NCBI GenBank assembly: GCA_001600815.1
Contig: BCKZ01000021.1
Coordinates: 62,001-126,000, forward strand
DNA from: Alloascoidea hylecoeti
Lineage: Eukaryota
Length of the DNA stretch: 64,000 bases
Direction: 5' to 3'
The translations under genes and the position numbers were made by a program. A model generated the notes under the pieces. The model saw nothing but the letters and a program-made list of their open reading frames with translations. It was not told where the DNA came from and did not search any database. Below, piece after piece: positions 35,835 to 49,467 of this stretch (position 1 is its first letter; each line of letters opens with the position of its first letter).

Positions 35835-38320
35835 ATGAGTTCAACAATACCGAACAATCAACTCCAAAATTCAAAATCCCTTGCCGATTTTACCCTTGGT
35901 CCGCTGATCGGAGAAGGCTCCTATTCAAACGTAAGTACTCTCAATTACAATTATATCAATTTCTATAATTAACAAACCGTCAATGTCAATCTCATTGACC
36001 ATTGTAGGTATACTCGGCGAAAGATATTACCACCAATGTAACATATGCAATCAAAATCCTCAATAAAAAACATATAATTAAAGAAAATAAAGTAAAATAT
36101 ATTGCAACTGAAAAACTTTCCCTTAATAAATTATCAAAACATCGAGGAATTGCTTCTCTTCATTATTCTTTTCAAGATAAACACTCTTTATATTTTGTTC
36201 TCTATTATGCTTCGAATGGAGAGTTGCTAACCTTAATCCAGAAATTAGGCTCTCTTTCCGAGGATTGTACAATATATTATGCTGCTCAAATATTAGATAC
36301 TCTCAAATTTATGCATTCTTGTGGTATTATTCATAGAGATTTAAAACCTGAAAATATCTTATTAAATAGTAACATGAAAATAATGATTACTGATTTTGGT
36401 ACCGCAAAAATCCTTGATGCTGCTAATCCAACTACCACATCTTTAAACAAGGATGAAGACGAAAGATCATATTCCTTCGTCGGTACCGCTGAATATATCG
36501 CTCCAGAATTACTACTTGATAAACATTGTGGTCCTGAATGTGACATATGGGCATTTGGTTGTGTACTATATCAATTAATAACCGGAAAACCTCCATTCAA
36601 AGCAACTACTGAATATCAATTATTTCAAAAAATTAGTAATATTCGATATTCATATCCTTCTAATTTTCCTCCAATTTTAAGATCTTTAATCTGTAAAATT
36701 TTGGTTTTAAATCCTAATGAAAGATATTCAATTTTAAAGATTGAAAATCATGATTTTTTCAAAAATCTGGATTTTAATAATTCAAAAATGATCTGGAATA
36801 GAAAACATCCAAAATTAGAACCTTTCAAACCTTTCAAACCTTTCAAACCTTTTACTAATACAATCATTTATAAATCTTCAACTGATAATCATGGTGGTAT
36901 TGTGAAACCTGATATGCATCTGCAGAAAATAAATGCAAATGACACAAAAAATGCAATGAATGCTGCAACAAAAGCTTTAAATTTACAATCAAATAAAAAG
37001 AATATATCTACTATTAAACCAATTGCAAGTTCAAATGAAAAGCCTATAACTTCTACCTCTCCGATACTCAAACCAAAGTCTCCAACTGCAACTACAACTA
37101 CTAAGCCTAATGTGTCAGTTAAGAGACCAACCACTTTAAGGAGAAAATCAATACCTACAATTCAAACATCAACTCCAGTACAAAGAAATTCAAATCCAAA
37201 TATAAAAACTCCTGCTCACCAACAGCAAAAAATAAAACATCAAAATCAATCATCACCAACTACAATACAAACAGAATCATTAAATAATTATAATCCAACT
37301 GGTAAAGGACATACAAGAAGTCCTAGTGGATGGACAAAATTGATAATGATTAGAACTGATGAACACATTATAAAAATTGGTACCATAAATGTTTCAATTA
37401 GTTTTATGTTTGATAAAAATGATAATAATGATTTGAATTCAACTACAGGTTATAAAAAAGGTTCATCTCCAAATTTATTGACAAATTTATTTCAACATAA
37501 TAAAAGTAAAAGTAAAGGAAAAAATAAAAATGATATTGAAATAATTGAAACTAAATCAGAATCAAAAACACTAATTTTAACTTCATTAGGTCGTGCAATT
37601 ATTATTAGTATTGAAGATGAACCAAAAATTAATTATGAAATTGATTTAACAAATGATTTCGTTGCTATTTTTGATGAAGCATTTAATGAAGAAAAAGGAA
37701 TTGGTAAATTTACAATTAATACACCAAATACAATTTTTACATTTACAAAACCAGTTATAATTATAAATAATTCTAATGGTGATAATTATGTTGATATTTA
37801 TCAGTTATCAGATAAGAGTGCTCTTGTTCATGATGATTGGATAACAAGCATTTTGATTTTGAAAAAATATTTAATTGAAAAAGAGAGGATTGAATCTTTG
37901 AAAAGATTAAATGTTGCCAGAACTGCTGCTATCAAATCAACTTCTGATTCCGCAACCACAATTATGCAAAATGGAATTAAAACTTCCCCTACAATAATGC
38001 CTTCTCGATCTTTTATAAAACAAGAAAGAAAATCTTCTGTTATACCTATAGACCAACTACCAAAGCATCCCCAAAAGAAGAAATCATCGTCAACCGATCT
38101 TACAAAAAGGCGAGTATCTCCAACTTTGATCGCTCCTCCACAATCACAAATCAAATATATTCATACTTTAGCTGGTGTTGTAAGATCAGATGCAACAATT
38201 CATAGAAATGGATTACCACTCCTTCCCTCTCCTATTCTTAAAAATATAACTCAATTCCAAGGAATAAATACAGTTAATACTAGGGTTAAAAGCTCAAGGA
38301 TGATGGGTTATAGAAAATAA
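35835..38320 (+). CDS. PDK1/Pkh/Ksg1-family AGC kinase with C-terminal PH-like region, 2 exons (35835-35930, 36008-38320)
   Basis: Spliced IGEGSYSN|VYSAK..YAIKILNKKHIIKENKVKYI; HRDLKPEN, DFGTAKIL and SFVGTAEYIAPELL. Intron is GTAAGT..TAG. Confidence 0.88.
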
Positions 38321-38489
38321 TGATACAATATATATAATGAAATAAGCTTATTATACAATATAAATTTTATAGCTATTGCTAGTTTTACATGATTTCATTT
38401 TGTTTTGTGCTTCCAATTACCCTGCCTAGTAGTAACATTTTCTTACTTATTCATTCTTTATAGTAGAATTTATTAAATACACCAATAAA

Positions 38490-40064
38490 ATGACAGGTAT
38501 GTCATTTATATATGATATTAATATATTATTAGATTAATCAGTATTTGAATTAATCATCTAACCATTATTTCCCTCATTTTTTTTATTTTTGTATCTAACA
38601 GATAAATCGGAAACTGCAACTGCTGCAAATCTTCTTGAAAAACTGTCAATTAACGCAGCCAAAAAGGATGAATCTGTAAAGAAACAAACAATCACTACAT
38701 CTGAAACTCCTTCTCTTGAAGAGAAAAAGGAAGTTGAACCAAAAAAAGAAGCAAAAGAGACGAAGGAGGGAGAAAAGGCTTCTGGTGATGAACCTCAAGA
38801 AACTGATTTGATCAAATCATCATATGAGGTTAAGGTGAAACTAGCTGATATACAAGCTGATCCAAATTCTCCATTATACTCAGTGAAAAGATTTGAGGAC
38901 TTAGGATTATCAGAAGAATTATTAAAAGGTCTTTACGCTATGAGATTCAATAAACCTTCTAAAATCCAAGAGCGAGCTTTACCATTATTATTAAGTGATC
39001 CTCCTAGAAATATGATTGGCCAAAGTCAATCGGGTACTGGAAAAACAGCTGCTTTTGTTTTAACAATGTTATCTCGCGTTGATCCTAATGTTTCTGCTGT
39101 TCAAGCAATATGTTTATCACCCGCAAGAGAATTAGCTCGTCAAACTATGGATGTTGTTAATGATATGAAAAAATATACACAAATTCAAACTGCTTTTGCA
39201 ATTCCTAATATGACTGAAAGAGGTGTTCAAATTAAAGCTCAAGTAGTTGTTGGCACTCCTGGAACGGTCCTGGATCTGATTAGGAGAAGACAACTCAACG
39301 TTCGAGACTTGAAAGTTTTTGTCTTAGATGAAGCAGATAATATGTTAGATCAACAAGGTCTAGGTGATCAATGTGTTAGAGTTAAGAACCTTTTACCAAA
39401 AACTATACAATTGGTTCTTTTCAGTGCTACTTTCCCAGATCACGTTCGAAGATATGCAGAAAAATTCGTCCCCAATGCAAATTCAATCGAATTAAAACAT
39501 GAAGAATTAAATGTAGACGGGATTAAACAATTATACATGGATTGTGATAGTGCAGAGTCTAAGTACGATGTTTTGTGTGAGCTATATTCTTTATTAACAA
39601 TTGGTTCATCAATTATTTTTGTTCAACGAAAGGAAACTGCCAATCAAATTTACCATAAGATGAAATCCCAAGGACATGTAATTTCAATTCTTCATGGTGA
39701 TTTGGAAGCATCTGAAAGAGATAGGTTAATTGATGATTTTAGGGAGGGTAGATCAAAAGTTTTGATAACTACAAACGTATTGGCCAGAGGAATTGATATT
39801 CCTTCTGTGACAATGGTTGTTAATTATGATTTACCACTGGATCGACAAGGTAATCCAGATCCTTCGACCTATTTGCATCGTATTGGTCGTACAGGTCGAT
39901 TCGGTAAGGTTGGTGTTTCTGTTTCATTTGTATATGATAAAAAATCGTATGAGCAATTGATGAAGATTCGATCTTATTTTGGAGATATTGAAATGACAAG
40001 AGTTCCTACAGATGACTGGGAAGAAGTGGAAAAGATTGTTAAGAAAGTTATTAGAGGCAAATAA
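38490..40064 (+). CDS. DBP5: DEAD-box mRNA export helicase Dbp5, 2 exons (38490-38496, 38602-40064)
   Basis: [31 protein letters not shown] and [10 protein letters not shown]. Intron is GTATGT..CTAACAG. Confidence 0.96.
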
Positions 40065-42002
40065 AAAAAAAAAAATTCTCTCTCGTTTTTTATGTTATTA
40101 TTTGATGATTCTAGTACGCTAAAAGAAAAAAAAAGTATATGTCTAGATGTGTTATTTTGAGATATACCTATTTATTTGCGATAAAGATTTTATACAGCTC
40201 AGATGCTAATACAATATATATAATATAAATTATAATTATATTACATTTAAATTTGACCAGACTATTAATATTAACATTAATAATTTTTCATACGCGTTGT
40301 AACATTGTACCATCTTATAATGATATTGTTGATATTCTAAAAGGTTGAAAAGGTGAAGAACTAAATACAAGAAGTAGATTTTGTTCTTCTTTTATATTTA
40401 CAGTATTTTAGAGAGTTCTAGTACATCTCCTTTTTTCGAAGATACTGATCACTCGAATACGAAGCTCGAACTATAACATATAACACCTTCCTTAATAATT
40501 AGATTGTAAAGTGGCATTTTCAATCACTACTCCAATTAGTAATTTTCAAACAGTAAAGGTGAGTTTGTCCCGGAACAAAAGGTGGTAGATGCTGTAACAT
40601 GATTTTCAGAAGAAACAGGAGTCGTTTCAATTGCTAGAGTCATGAATGATTAATTATAATTAATTATAGCTGTGGTTATGATTAGATAATATTTATTGTT
40701 AATTTAACGTTTGTGTTTGTGTTTGCACAAGTTAAATAGATAACAGATATAGAGGTGATATTGGTATTTGTGGTTGAATTCATTTACAATTGTTGAAGTT
40801 TCAGTTTTCGTGAAAGATATTGAATTGATTAAGTAAATCATTGCAAAAGATTTCAGTATACTTACTTACTAACTTGTATAATTATTATATGACTATGCCA
40901 AAAAGATCAGATGTAGACAAAGATTAAACAACAAGTTATTCGTGTTAATAAATCCATTGAAATACATTCATATTAAACGGCATAGACCATACGTATTGTA
41001 TCCATACCTTCATTATAGGTAAGAATTACCAAGAATATTAATAGCTACAGTTGATAAAAACTGATATTTTATCTTTTAGTTACACGACCTAAGTACTAGT
41101 AGGCATGTTTCAATCTATCTATACGATTGATGATTACAAATAAAACCAAATATTTTTTTCTGTAAGGGTAAAAAATAATATTTCCGTGCAAAATTGTATT
41201 CAATTTTATTGATGCATGTAATGTAGTGGTATATTGTTTATGTATACCGCTCACCATGGTCCATTTATTTAGTGCCCACTACCCGAGTTTATTTTGTTTA
41301 GCTATGACTAGTGATTATCGTGGTCTATAATATAATAATAATTGGTTTATGATTATCAATTGAAACTTTATAAATTGTCAAAGAAGTATGTTAAGTATTA
41401 ATTTGAAATTTTGGTTTCCCTCACAAAATTTAACGTCTACAATAGTATAGCGGTACATTGATATAATGATTTCAATCTGTTTATCGATTGATCTCACAAC
41501 AGATAAGTTATATTATATACAAGCCTTTTTACAAGGTATATCACACAGACTTGGAATTGTAACTGTAGTTATAATTTTAAAGTTAGAGTCCGTGACTATT
41601 ATTATATGTTTATGTAATAATAAATGAGGATCTATAAAATAACAGGTGCTTCGAAGTTTGAAATGGATCAAAGTTTTGAGTGTGAACCTTCAGACCTTTT
41701 TCAATTAAAAATCATAAAAATAACGATAAATACGAAAAAGAAGACGAAATTATAAAAATGGTATTTCAGACTCGGATCGTGGATGTTAATGACATTGATA
41801 TAGAATTAAGCACAACATTTTAAGTGCAGGGAAGAGGATTAAAGTTCGCTAGAACTGAATCTACATAAGACTGTATTCGGTAAAGGTTTTATCTTAAACT
41901 TTATAAAGGATGCTACAATCCTCGATAATAATTTCTTCTTCTAATTCTAACTCATTTTGTTTTGTATTATTTGCAAATTTATTACTATTTGATGTTATAA
42001 AA

Positions 42003-42415
42003 ATGTCACTCAAAGCCGAAGACTACCTTAAAATCATTCTTGGTATGTTTCTAATTATAAGAAATAAATTAATATTAATATTGATAATATAATTATACAT
42101 GGCCACTATATGATTATTAGTCAATTTAGATCCTCATCGCAAATTTTAACAAACCACATAATTTGGGTATAGCTGTTTTATTGCCGCCATTAGCTGTTTT
42201 CTTAGAAGATGGTATCGGAACTAGTTTCTGGCTTAACGTGGTATTGACTATTATCATTTGGTTTCCCGGTGTTATTCATGCTCTTTATGTTGTAAGTATA
42301 TCATATCTTTAAATTTTATATAACACATCATTAAATCTATTACCAACTTTCCCGTTTCTATACTAATTATGGTATATATTACCTTTCAATTATATAGATC
42401 TTCAGCAAGAAATAA
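42003..42415 (+). CDS. PMP3: Pmp3/RCI2 plasma-membrane proteolipid, 3 exons (42003-42042, 42173-42291, 42398-42415)
   Basis: Spliced protein MSLKAEDYLKIILAVLLPPLAVFLEDGIGTSFWLNVVLTIIIWFPGVIHALYVIFSKK, with GTATGT/GTAAGT donors and TAG acceptors. Confidence 0.9.
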
Positions 42416-43532
42416 GTTAATGTTATTATAAAGATAAATGGCTCTAAAAATCTAATTAATGTTACGGCTACAATAAATGAGAGGATGATTCTTAGCTAGC
42501 GCTATATACATGTATCTTATATACCAGTAGTACACCCAGATATTAAACAGAAATGTAAAATGCGATTAATGAACCTCGAGCTCCTATTATATAAATATCC
42601 ATATGTTATACAGTATAATATATATGAGAAAATACAGAATGGTTTACATATACTTAGTGATTTGACCGTACCATTGCAATCACAACCGTTTATAATTACT
42701 ATTACTATATATTTTTACTATATATAGGAAAATTGAAAGGCAAGAGCGCGTTGAAGGGTCACCACAACTGTCAATTGATAAATCGAACGCCAAGTCCATA
42801 AACCTGAGGAGTATTAGTTATGAAAAGGTCTGTGAAAATTAAATTATGTTTGACGCATACTATTTGGAGTAATCGTGGAAATCGGTATACAGGTGTAAGG
42901 AAGAAGTGTCATGACTAGTGTGTATTTTATTTGCATACTGGTGCATATTTTTAATCAATTTCTCTAAATATATAAATAGGAAGATTTAGAGGACCCGGTC
43001 TAAAATTCAGCCTCCACGAAAATTTCATGAATTTAAAAATTATTCCCTTTTGGATCAAAATAATAAATACTATATCTTAAATATATCAAAGTTTTATGAA
43101 ATTTAAATAGTATAGTTGCGAGATAATCGCGTTTTAATAGCTGGCAAAATTTTCATGTTCCCAGTTTTTGTGCCATTTTGCCGCTTTTTCCACCGGATAG
43201 AAATTTTCATTTTTTCAGGTCTTCGAGCTAATGCGTTTACGTAATACAATGTAGGATCTCCTGCAGCGCTAGTAATAATTATTCTAAAAATTCAATAAAT
43301 CTATCAATTAATTATATATATAAACTCCTATTTTGACAAAAGTAATCATAGAAAACCAAAATACCCAAATAATAAAAAAAAGATACAATAAAGCATTTTG
43401 TTAGTTATACGTAGATATGAAACGCTTAACCATTATGAACTTCATAACTGTTCAACTTTGAAAATGCCTTCTTTATTGTTTCTGACATTTAAGATTTAAC
43501 TCTAATTAACAGCTAAAACTTTTTAACTCTTT

Positions 43533-43966
43533 TCAATTTGTTTTCATTTTGTCTGGTTCTGAATATGAGATAGAAACTCCTATAACATTGCTTCTAATGT
43601 AGTGAAACAAGCCATATATGCACATGAAAATATCACTAAATACCATGAAGAGAATTGGTGTAGAACAAAAAAATGCGAGGATATACTATCATGATATGTT
43701 AGTTTAAACTTTATTGAAAGAAAAAAAATTGACAATTGAAATTTCTGAATACTTACACTGAGATTGATGATGAATGATGTTATTGTTAATTTTAAGCTAT
43801 CAAGCGTAATTCCAGCATCTGATATTATGGACCCTATTTTTAATAGAGTAGAAAAGAATAATTCTGGGCTTAAGTTTTGAGGAACAGGTTGAGATAGCAT
43901 CATCGTTATGGTGTTATTGTTTTGTATCAATTGGTGTAAAATTGAAACTTCATTAAAAGATATCAT
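43533..43966 (-). CDS. Hypothetical small membrane protein, 2 exons (43966-43757, 43685-43533), 120 aa
   Basis: Canonical intron 43686-43756 (GTAAGT..ACTAAC..TAG) joins the exons in frame and gives a hydrophobic segment FIINLSYILAFFCSTPILFMVFSDIFMCIYGLF. Confidence 0.55.
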
Positions 43967-45220
43967 TTTTTGTGTGTTATAATTATATGGATTAAATATG
44001 CAGTGAGGTGGTCTAATTATATAAATTCACAATTAATATTACAAAGGGGTTCAACTCCGATTAAAGAAAAATATATAAAAAGGTGAAAGCCGGGTTCTCA
44101 TTAGCAAATATTTGTCAAATGATGAAGATATAGCTTCATATTTATATGATTTAGGATCAGTTGACAGTTTTATTTGATCATTTAGCCTAGATAGAAGGCG
44201 TGCATCTTCCATTATCTTCCATTATCATATGAAAGTCTTTAAACAGGCATCAGCATTAGCGTAAAAAAAATGCATATGAACACTACAAGATGTTACACTA
44301 ATAAAAACAATAATTTGTCTAACAGCAGATTAGATTTTCATTATATTATTACGAATTGACTTGTATTTTGCTTGTGAAGTTGTGAGGTCGCATCGTATAA
44401 ATTCAAACGTTAACCACCACGCCCACAATGTTTTTTCCAATAAAGTTATCAATAAGATTTAGGGAAATCATTAAGCTGATAAAATACTTAAGCTTATCTA
44501 GTTTGATTGTTTATATAAAATTATAAATGGACTACTTTTCTGGGTATATCGGAAAACCAGACTGACTGTTAACAAGGATGAAGGCTGCAGAGGAACCTTT
44601 TTTCCGGATTCAAAATTCAAAATTCAAAATAATTATTATCACATGTGCTACTAAATGGCATCAGTACAAATCTAAACAAAAACTACATAACTTACTATTC
44701 TCACATTCTTCATATGATTTGTATTTTTGTCAAAATGTGTTCCTTACATTCTAAACGCACAAATTAGGAGATGAAGTTGACCTTTCTGGGACCTCTTTTT
44801 TCTTCGTTTGGAAAATATCTTCCATCCTGAGCCCTGATTACAGATTTCAATTAAATTATAAATTATCTCCAAATTCTAAAACAACGTTTAAAATTGAATT
44901 GACAGAGAATCAAAATGAGCCTGATTTTTGATTTGTTTTTGTTTTATACTTAATCTTACATGTGAAAATGTCAAATGATCATGATTTTTTAGGTCGATAC
45001 CTCGTACAATATAGATATTCTTCTATATATTCTCTAGAACGAACTATATGTATAATATCACTGTAATTGTACAAGCATAAAAACAAACTAATCGTAATGC
45101 AAAAATGTAAAAATTTAAAATGTAAAATATAAGTAAAATGAACAAGTAAAGCAATTTATTTATGATATAATCATCCCCCCCCCCCCAAATGCAGTAATAT
45201 TTTATATATGTGTTTTATTT

Positions 45221-47077
45221 TCAACTAGATGTGGATGCAAAGTTGTAGGTAGGATCATAATTACAACCAATACCAACATAATCATCATTACCCATATAAG
45301 CGTAACAAGTTGTACCCAATGGACAATCGAATTTAACCCACTCTCCAAAAGCGCATAAAGCAAATTGTCCAGATTCAGAGCATGATATATCTCCATCTAT
45401 ACATGAATCAGCACTACCATTATAAAATCCATTCACAAAGTTGGTATTCAAACATGCAACTTTATCAGATCCTGATAATGATGAACATGATGTTGCTGTT
45501 GGAGTTGAAGTAGTTGTTGTTGAAGTGGCTGTAGGAGTTGTCGTACTATTTGAGTAATAATATGGTGATGCATTACCGTAATCATTATATGTGAAATATG
45601 TTGCAATTTCACTTTCTGAACTCTCTACAGTTGATGGTGCTGATGTAGTAGCAATAGAGATACTCTGCGTATTCACAGTAATTGGAATTGAGATTGTAGT
45701 TGTAAGAGAACTCATACTAGTTACGTATACTCCGGTTGTTGTAGTTGGAACAGCTGTAAAAGTTATGATAACCTCAGATGTGGATGTTGAAGTAGTTGCA
45801 GTACTAGCCGAAATAGACTGTGAAATAGTTATCGTTGTTGAAATATAAACGGTTGGCGTTGACGTTAAAGTTACCGTGGAATCACCAGATGTAGAGGAAG
45901 CCGAAGCAGCGGATGATCCATATCTAGTGGTGGAAATATCAGCTGGCCAAGAGCTAACTTGAGAAACTGTTGAGGAAGAGGATTTAACAGAAGAGATGGC
46001 AACTGATGTAGAGCTAGCCGGTTCACTAGAAGATTCAACTGTAGATGAGTCAACAATAGAAGACGTTTCAATAGAGGAGACAGCCACTGAGGTTGAACTA
46101 GAAGATGAGGAAGATGAAGATGATGAAGATCCTCCAATAATACTTTTAAGTTGAGCAACATAAGTTTCACCATTATTAGTATTAGAAAAACCTTGACTTG
46201 CATCCCAAAGCATAATACCACCAAAATAAGAAGATGAAGTAACGGAATTTGATTCAAAAGTAGATTTGACAGTATCAGCATCAACATAACCTGAACCTGC
46301 AGCAGAGGAGGAACCAGGTAAACCAACATAAATTCTAGTATTTGAATTAGTAGCAGATTCAGCATAATTAACCCAAGTATCCCAATTAAAACCAGATTTA
46401 TCTAAATTACAATTATTATTATAAAATTGAACGAAAACAAAATCAAGATCACAAGAATCTAAAGTATCACTGAGACTCTCATCAGGATAAACGCATTGTG
46501 GAGCAGCAGAAAGGTAATAATCTTTACTCCCAGTATCAAAATATTCCCGTAATTTGTTTACAAAAGCAGGGAAACCAGTTTGATCTTTATTTTCTAAATC
46601 CAAATCAAAACCATCAATAATTGCATCATCAAATGGTTTATTATCACTTGAACCCTCACCAAATAAATCCCATAAAGTACCAGCAAAAGTTTCAGCTTCA
46701 GTATCGGAATCAAAACCATAATCACTTACTGAACCACCAAGAGATAGAAGAATTTTTTTACCATTATTTTGGCATTTTGTGATATCTTCAGCAATTGTAG
46801 AACAATGAAGCAGATCATTATCATAAGTATCCGTACAGGCACTCGCAAAATTTAGAGTTGGAACATCATTAGTCCCTGGGAATACACTCATGAATGCAAG
46901 CAAGATGATATCAACATCATCGGATTCACAATAGTAAGAGAGTGATTCTTGGGAACCAGCAGAAGCTTGACCCCAATATAGGACCATATTGGAATTAGAT
47001 GTGGCATCAAAAGCCGAAACAGTAGTTAAGAGCGAAAGAGCAGTTGCTAAAAATGAAGCAGTTATAAGCATATTCAT
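45221..47077 (-). CDS. CTS1: GH18 class III endochitinase with Ser/Thr-rich linker and C-terminal chitin-binding module (Cts1-type)
   Basis: Signal peptide, YWGQ, KKILLSLGG, DGFDLDLE (DxDxE), SAAPQC, QFYNN and a Cys-rich CBM19-like tail. Confidence 0.88.
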   Translation of the reverse strand: MNMLITASFLATALSLLTTVSAFDATSNSNMVLYWGQASAGSQESLSYYCESDDVDIILLAFMSVFPGTNDVPTLNFASACTDTYDNDLLHCSTIAEDITKCQNNGKKILLSLGGSVSDYGFDSDTEAETFAGTLWDLFGEGSSDNKPFDDAIIDGFDLDLENKDQTGFPAFVNKLREYFDTGSKDYYLSAAPQCVYPDESLSDTLDSCDLDFVFVQFYNNNCNLDKSGFNWDTWVNYAESATNSNTRIYVGLPGSSSAAGSGYVDADTVKSTFESNSVTSSSYFGGIMLWDASQGFSNTNNGETYVAQLKSIIGGSSSSSSSSSSSSTSVAVSSIETSSIVDSSTVESSSEPASSTSVAISSVKSSSSTVSQVSSWPADISTTRYGSSAASASSTSGDSTVTLTSTPTVYISTTITISQSISASTATTSTSTSEVIITFTAVPTTTTGVYVTSMSSLTTTISIPITVNTQSISIATTSAPSTVESSESEIATYFTYNDYGNASPYYYSNSTTTPTATSTTTTSTPTATSCSSLSGSDKVACLNTNFVNGFYNGSADSCIDGDISCSESGQFALCAFGEWVKFDCPLGTTCYAYMGNDDYVGIGCNYDPTYNFASTSS

Positions 47078-48576
47078 AAGTTTAAAGAAGATGATCAGAC
47101 CGGCTGATGAAATTGATTATGAAGTAAGAAGTGAGAGTGTTAATATCTTTTCAAAAGATAAGAAGTTGAGTGTTCTGAAATAAAAAAGATGGGGATTAGT
47201 TATTGTTTAAATATTAATAGTAATAGCTCCCAAAATGGGTTAATGGCAGAAAATTTTGATCTTGCTACACCGAAGGGGTATAAATTGAAATAATTCTGCA
47301 GCTGCAGATAATTATAGCCTTGTAGAGTGACAGGTGCAGAATACTATTCGATGGGAATAAATGTGAAACATATTCTGGTTACACCTTATAATTAAAATAT
47401 GACCAATACGAAGCCATTCCACAGGCAATGATCATGACATGTTGATGACATACCATCTTACTGATCACCGTTAGAAATTTGAAAATTGGGCTCACAGCCA
47501 AGAAAAATAGCTAAAAAGTTCATGATAGATAATAATCGAATCAGGACAAATTTATTTCTTTAAAATATCTCATGGATAAATAACCATGTTTTGATTAAAA
47601 ATTAGTTAACTAGAAATATATCTTCAGTCGTAACGTAACGTCTATTCTTCACAATTAATGGATTTTAATAGTTTTTGAAATTGATTAATGTTCATGTTCA
47701 TCCACATTTCTGTTGCTATTTTCCTACTCTCCGGTTTCAAGAATATATCACAATTTTCCATCTACTGTCCATACATTCATTATAATTATAATTCTTTAAT
47801 TACAACGTTAACGTTATCGGGTTACTTTCCCATTTGCAAGTTTTGTTAACTTTAATTAATCAAAAGGTTATAATATTCCACTCATACCTGTAGCTATGTA
47901 TTAATTCGTTTCAATTTCAAGAAGTCTGAATGTGTAAATTTAGAAAGGACTGGATTTAAAAGTGACTTACATATAAAAATATGGTAATGAAATAATATTA
48001 TAAATAATAGAACAATAGCTAAGCCGCGCACAACAACAACAAACATGATCTAGAGTAACTATAGCATTGCTAAAAAGCTACAACTTTCAATAAAGGATCG
48101 GCATCTCGATTTTACTGTTTTGTTGGAGTTCTTATTGGGCATAAAATTCCATGCATTTTGGGCCTACTTTATATAACTTATAGTACTTGCACTAATTGCT
48201 TTCAGCTCTTAATTAATAGTTTATGCAGTTAATTTCTCAGATTATAGATTTACGCGTTCTGAATGAAACATCATCCACACACTTTATAATAGAATAAACC
48301 ATTAATTAATTATATTAATATTCGAAATAACTAAAAATATACTCGTAACTAATAGCTAACACTTCTGCTAAAGAAATTTGTAATTGTGGTTATTGCATCA
48401 ACAGTCTATAATAATATCCCAAAGAAGATGAAACAGCAAAATAGTATACAGTACTTGAATTTACCTTGGTAGATCCTTCTTGTGTCGTTTAAATTTCAAA
48501 GTCAAGAGAAGCTGGGAACTTCTAATTTATAAATATCAGACTTCAAATAAGATTATTAATTAATTAATTACTTCAT

Positions 48577-49467
48577 TTAATGACCTCTTCCAATTTTACT
48601 AGCCCACCCTAAAGCTCTTTCAAATCCATTAGAGAATGATTGATAATCCATGAATGCCTTCATGATTCGTTCTCTTGAAGTTTCAACAAATGGTCCATGT
48701 TGAACAATGGGTTGATCTAATTTTTTACCACCAATTAATACAAATTCTGTATCATCTGTAGCATTTTCAGCTACTTTACCTGTAATAACATCACCATCTT
48801 GGTTGAAAAACACATTTGTAAATTGAGGAATTTGTTTTCCTGTTATTTCCAAATCTCCTTTCATTAAGTATAAGAAAACATTAAAATCTTTTGGAACTTC
48901 TTGTTCAAATGATCCACCTGGTTTAACATTATAATAATAATATACAACTGGTGTATAAGCTAAATCTTTAACTGATTCTGTACCATAAGATGTACCTGAA
49001 ATAACCTTCACAGTCACTTTATCATTTGGCTTAACAATTGGGATTTCCTTGGCCTTTAAATCTCTATACCTTGGTTCACATTCCTTTAATTCAATAGGTA
49101 AATCAACCCATAATTGCATACCTTCAACTGCTTTACGATCCTCACTCTTAACTGGCATTTCAGCATGAACAACACCCCTACCTGCCGTCATGAATTGTAA
49201 ATCACCAGGGCTTAAAACACCAGCGGATCCTGTAAAATCTTCATGTGCCATTTGTCCTTTTAAAAGATAAGTAATTGTCTCTTGACCTCTATGAGGATGA
49301 TCTGGGAATCCAGCTTCTGGTGAAACTTTGAAATGATCTAACATTAAAAATGGACTAAAATTTCTCATGGTCATAACACCAATTGATCTTCTAACCACAG
49401 CACCTGCACCTTCAGGAACTTCTCTTGCAAAAATAGTTTTATAAATTGATCTTGATACTGCTGTCAT
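48577..49467 (-). CDS. Pirin (cupin) protein; an upstream in-frame ATG at 49638 would add a hydrophobic leader
   Basis: EGAGAVVRRSIG, PFLMLDHF, GFPDHPHRGQETITY, MTAGRGVVHAEMP and QLWVDLP. Confidence 0.9.
   Translation of the reverse strand: MTAVSRSIYKTIFAREVPEGAGAVVRRSIGVMTMRNFSPFLMLDHFKVSPEAGFPDHPHRGQETITYLLKGQMAHEDFTGSAGVLSPGDLQFMTAGRGVVHAEMPVKSEDRKAVEGMQLWVDLPIELKECEPRYRDLKAKEIPIVKPNDKVTVKVISGTSYGTESVKDLAYTPVVYYYYNVKPGGSFEQEVPKDFNVFLYLMKGDLEITGKQIPQFTNVFFNQDGDVITGKVAENATDDTEFVLIGGKKLDQPIVQHGPFVETSRERIMKAFMDYQSFSNGFERALGWASKIGRGH

Noticed and set aside
34782..35968. Track ORFs 34782-35153, 35369-35656 and 35693-35968
   Set aside because: Antisense or off-frame to SOD2 exon 1, DPM2 exon 3 and PKH exon 1.
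36821..36853. 9-bp tandem repeat encoding PFKPFKPFKPF in the PKH kinase
   Set aside because: Simple slippage expansion just after the kinase domain, with no evidence of function.
40100..41950. Short ORFs and stray splice-like motifs in the DBP5-PMP3 gap (likewise 20200-22000 and 47200-48570)
   Set aside because: I could not assemble a consistent spliced ORF or a recognisable RNA from them.
43015..43135. Imperfect inverted repeat (AAATTTCATGAATTT / AAGTTTTATGAAATTT), MITE-like
   Set aside because: Short and AT-rich, with no target-site duplication or second copy in the window.
43998..44062. tRNA-like A-box (GTGGTCTAA) and B-box (GGTTCAACTCC)
   Set aside because: The T-stem pairs only 2 bp and no acceptor or anticodon stems form. 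At most an isolated B-box.
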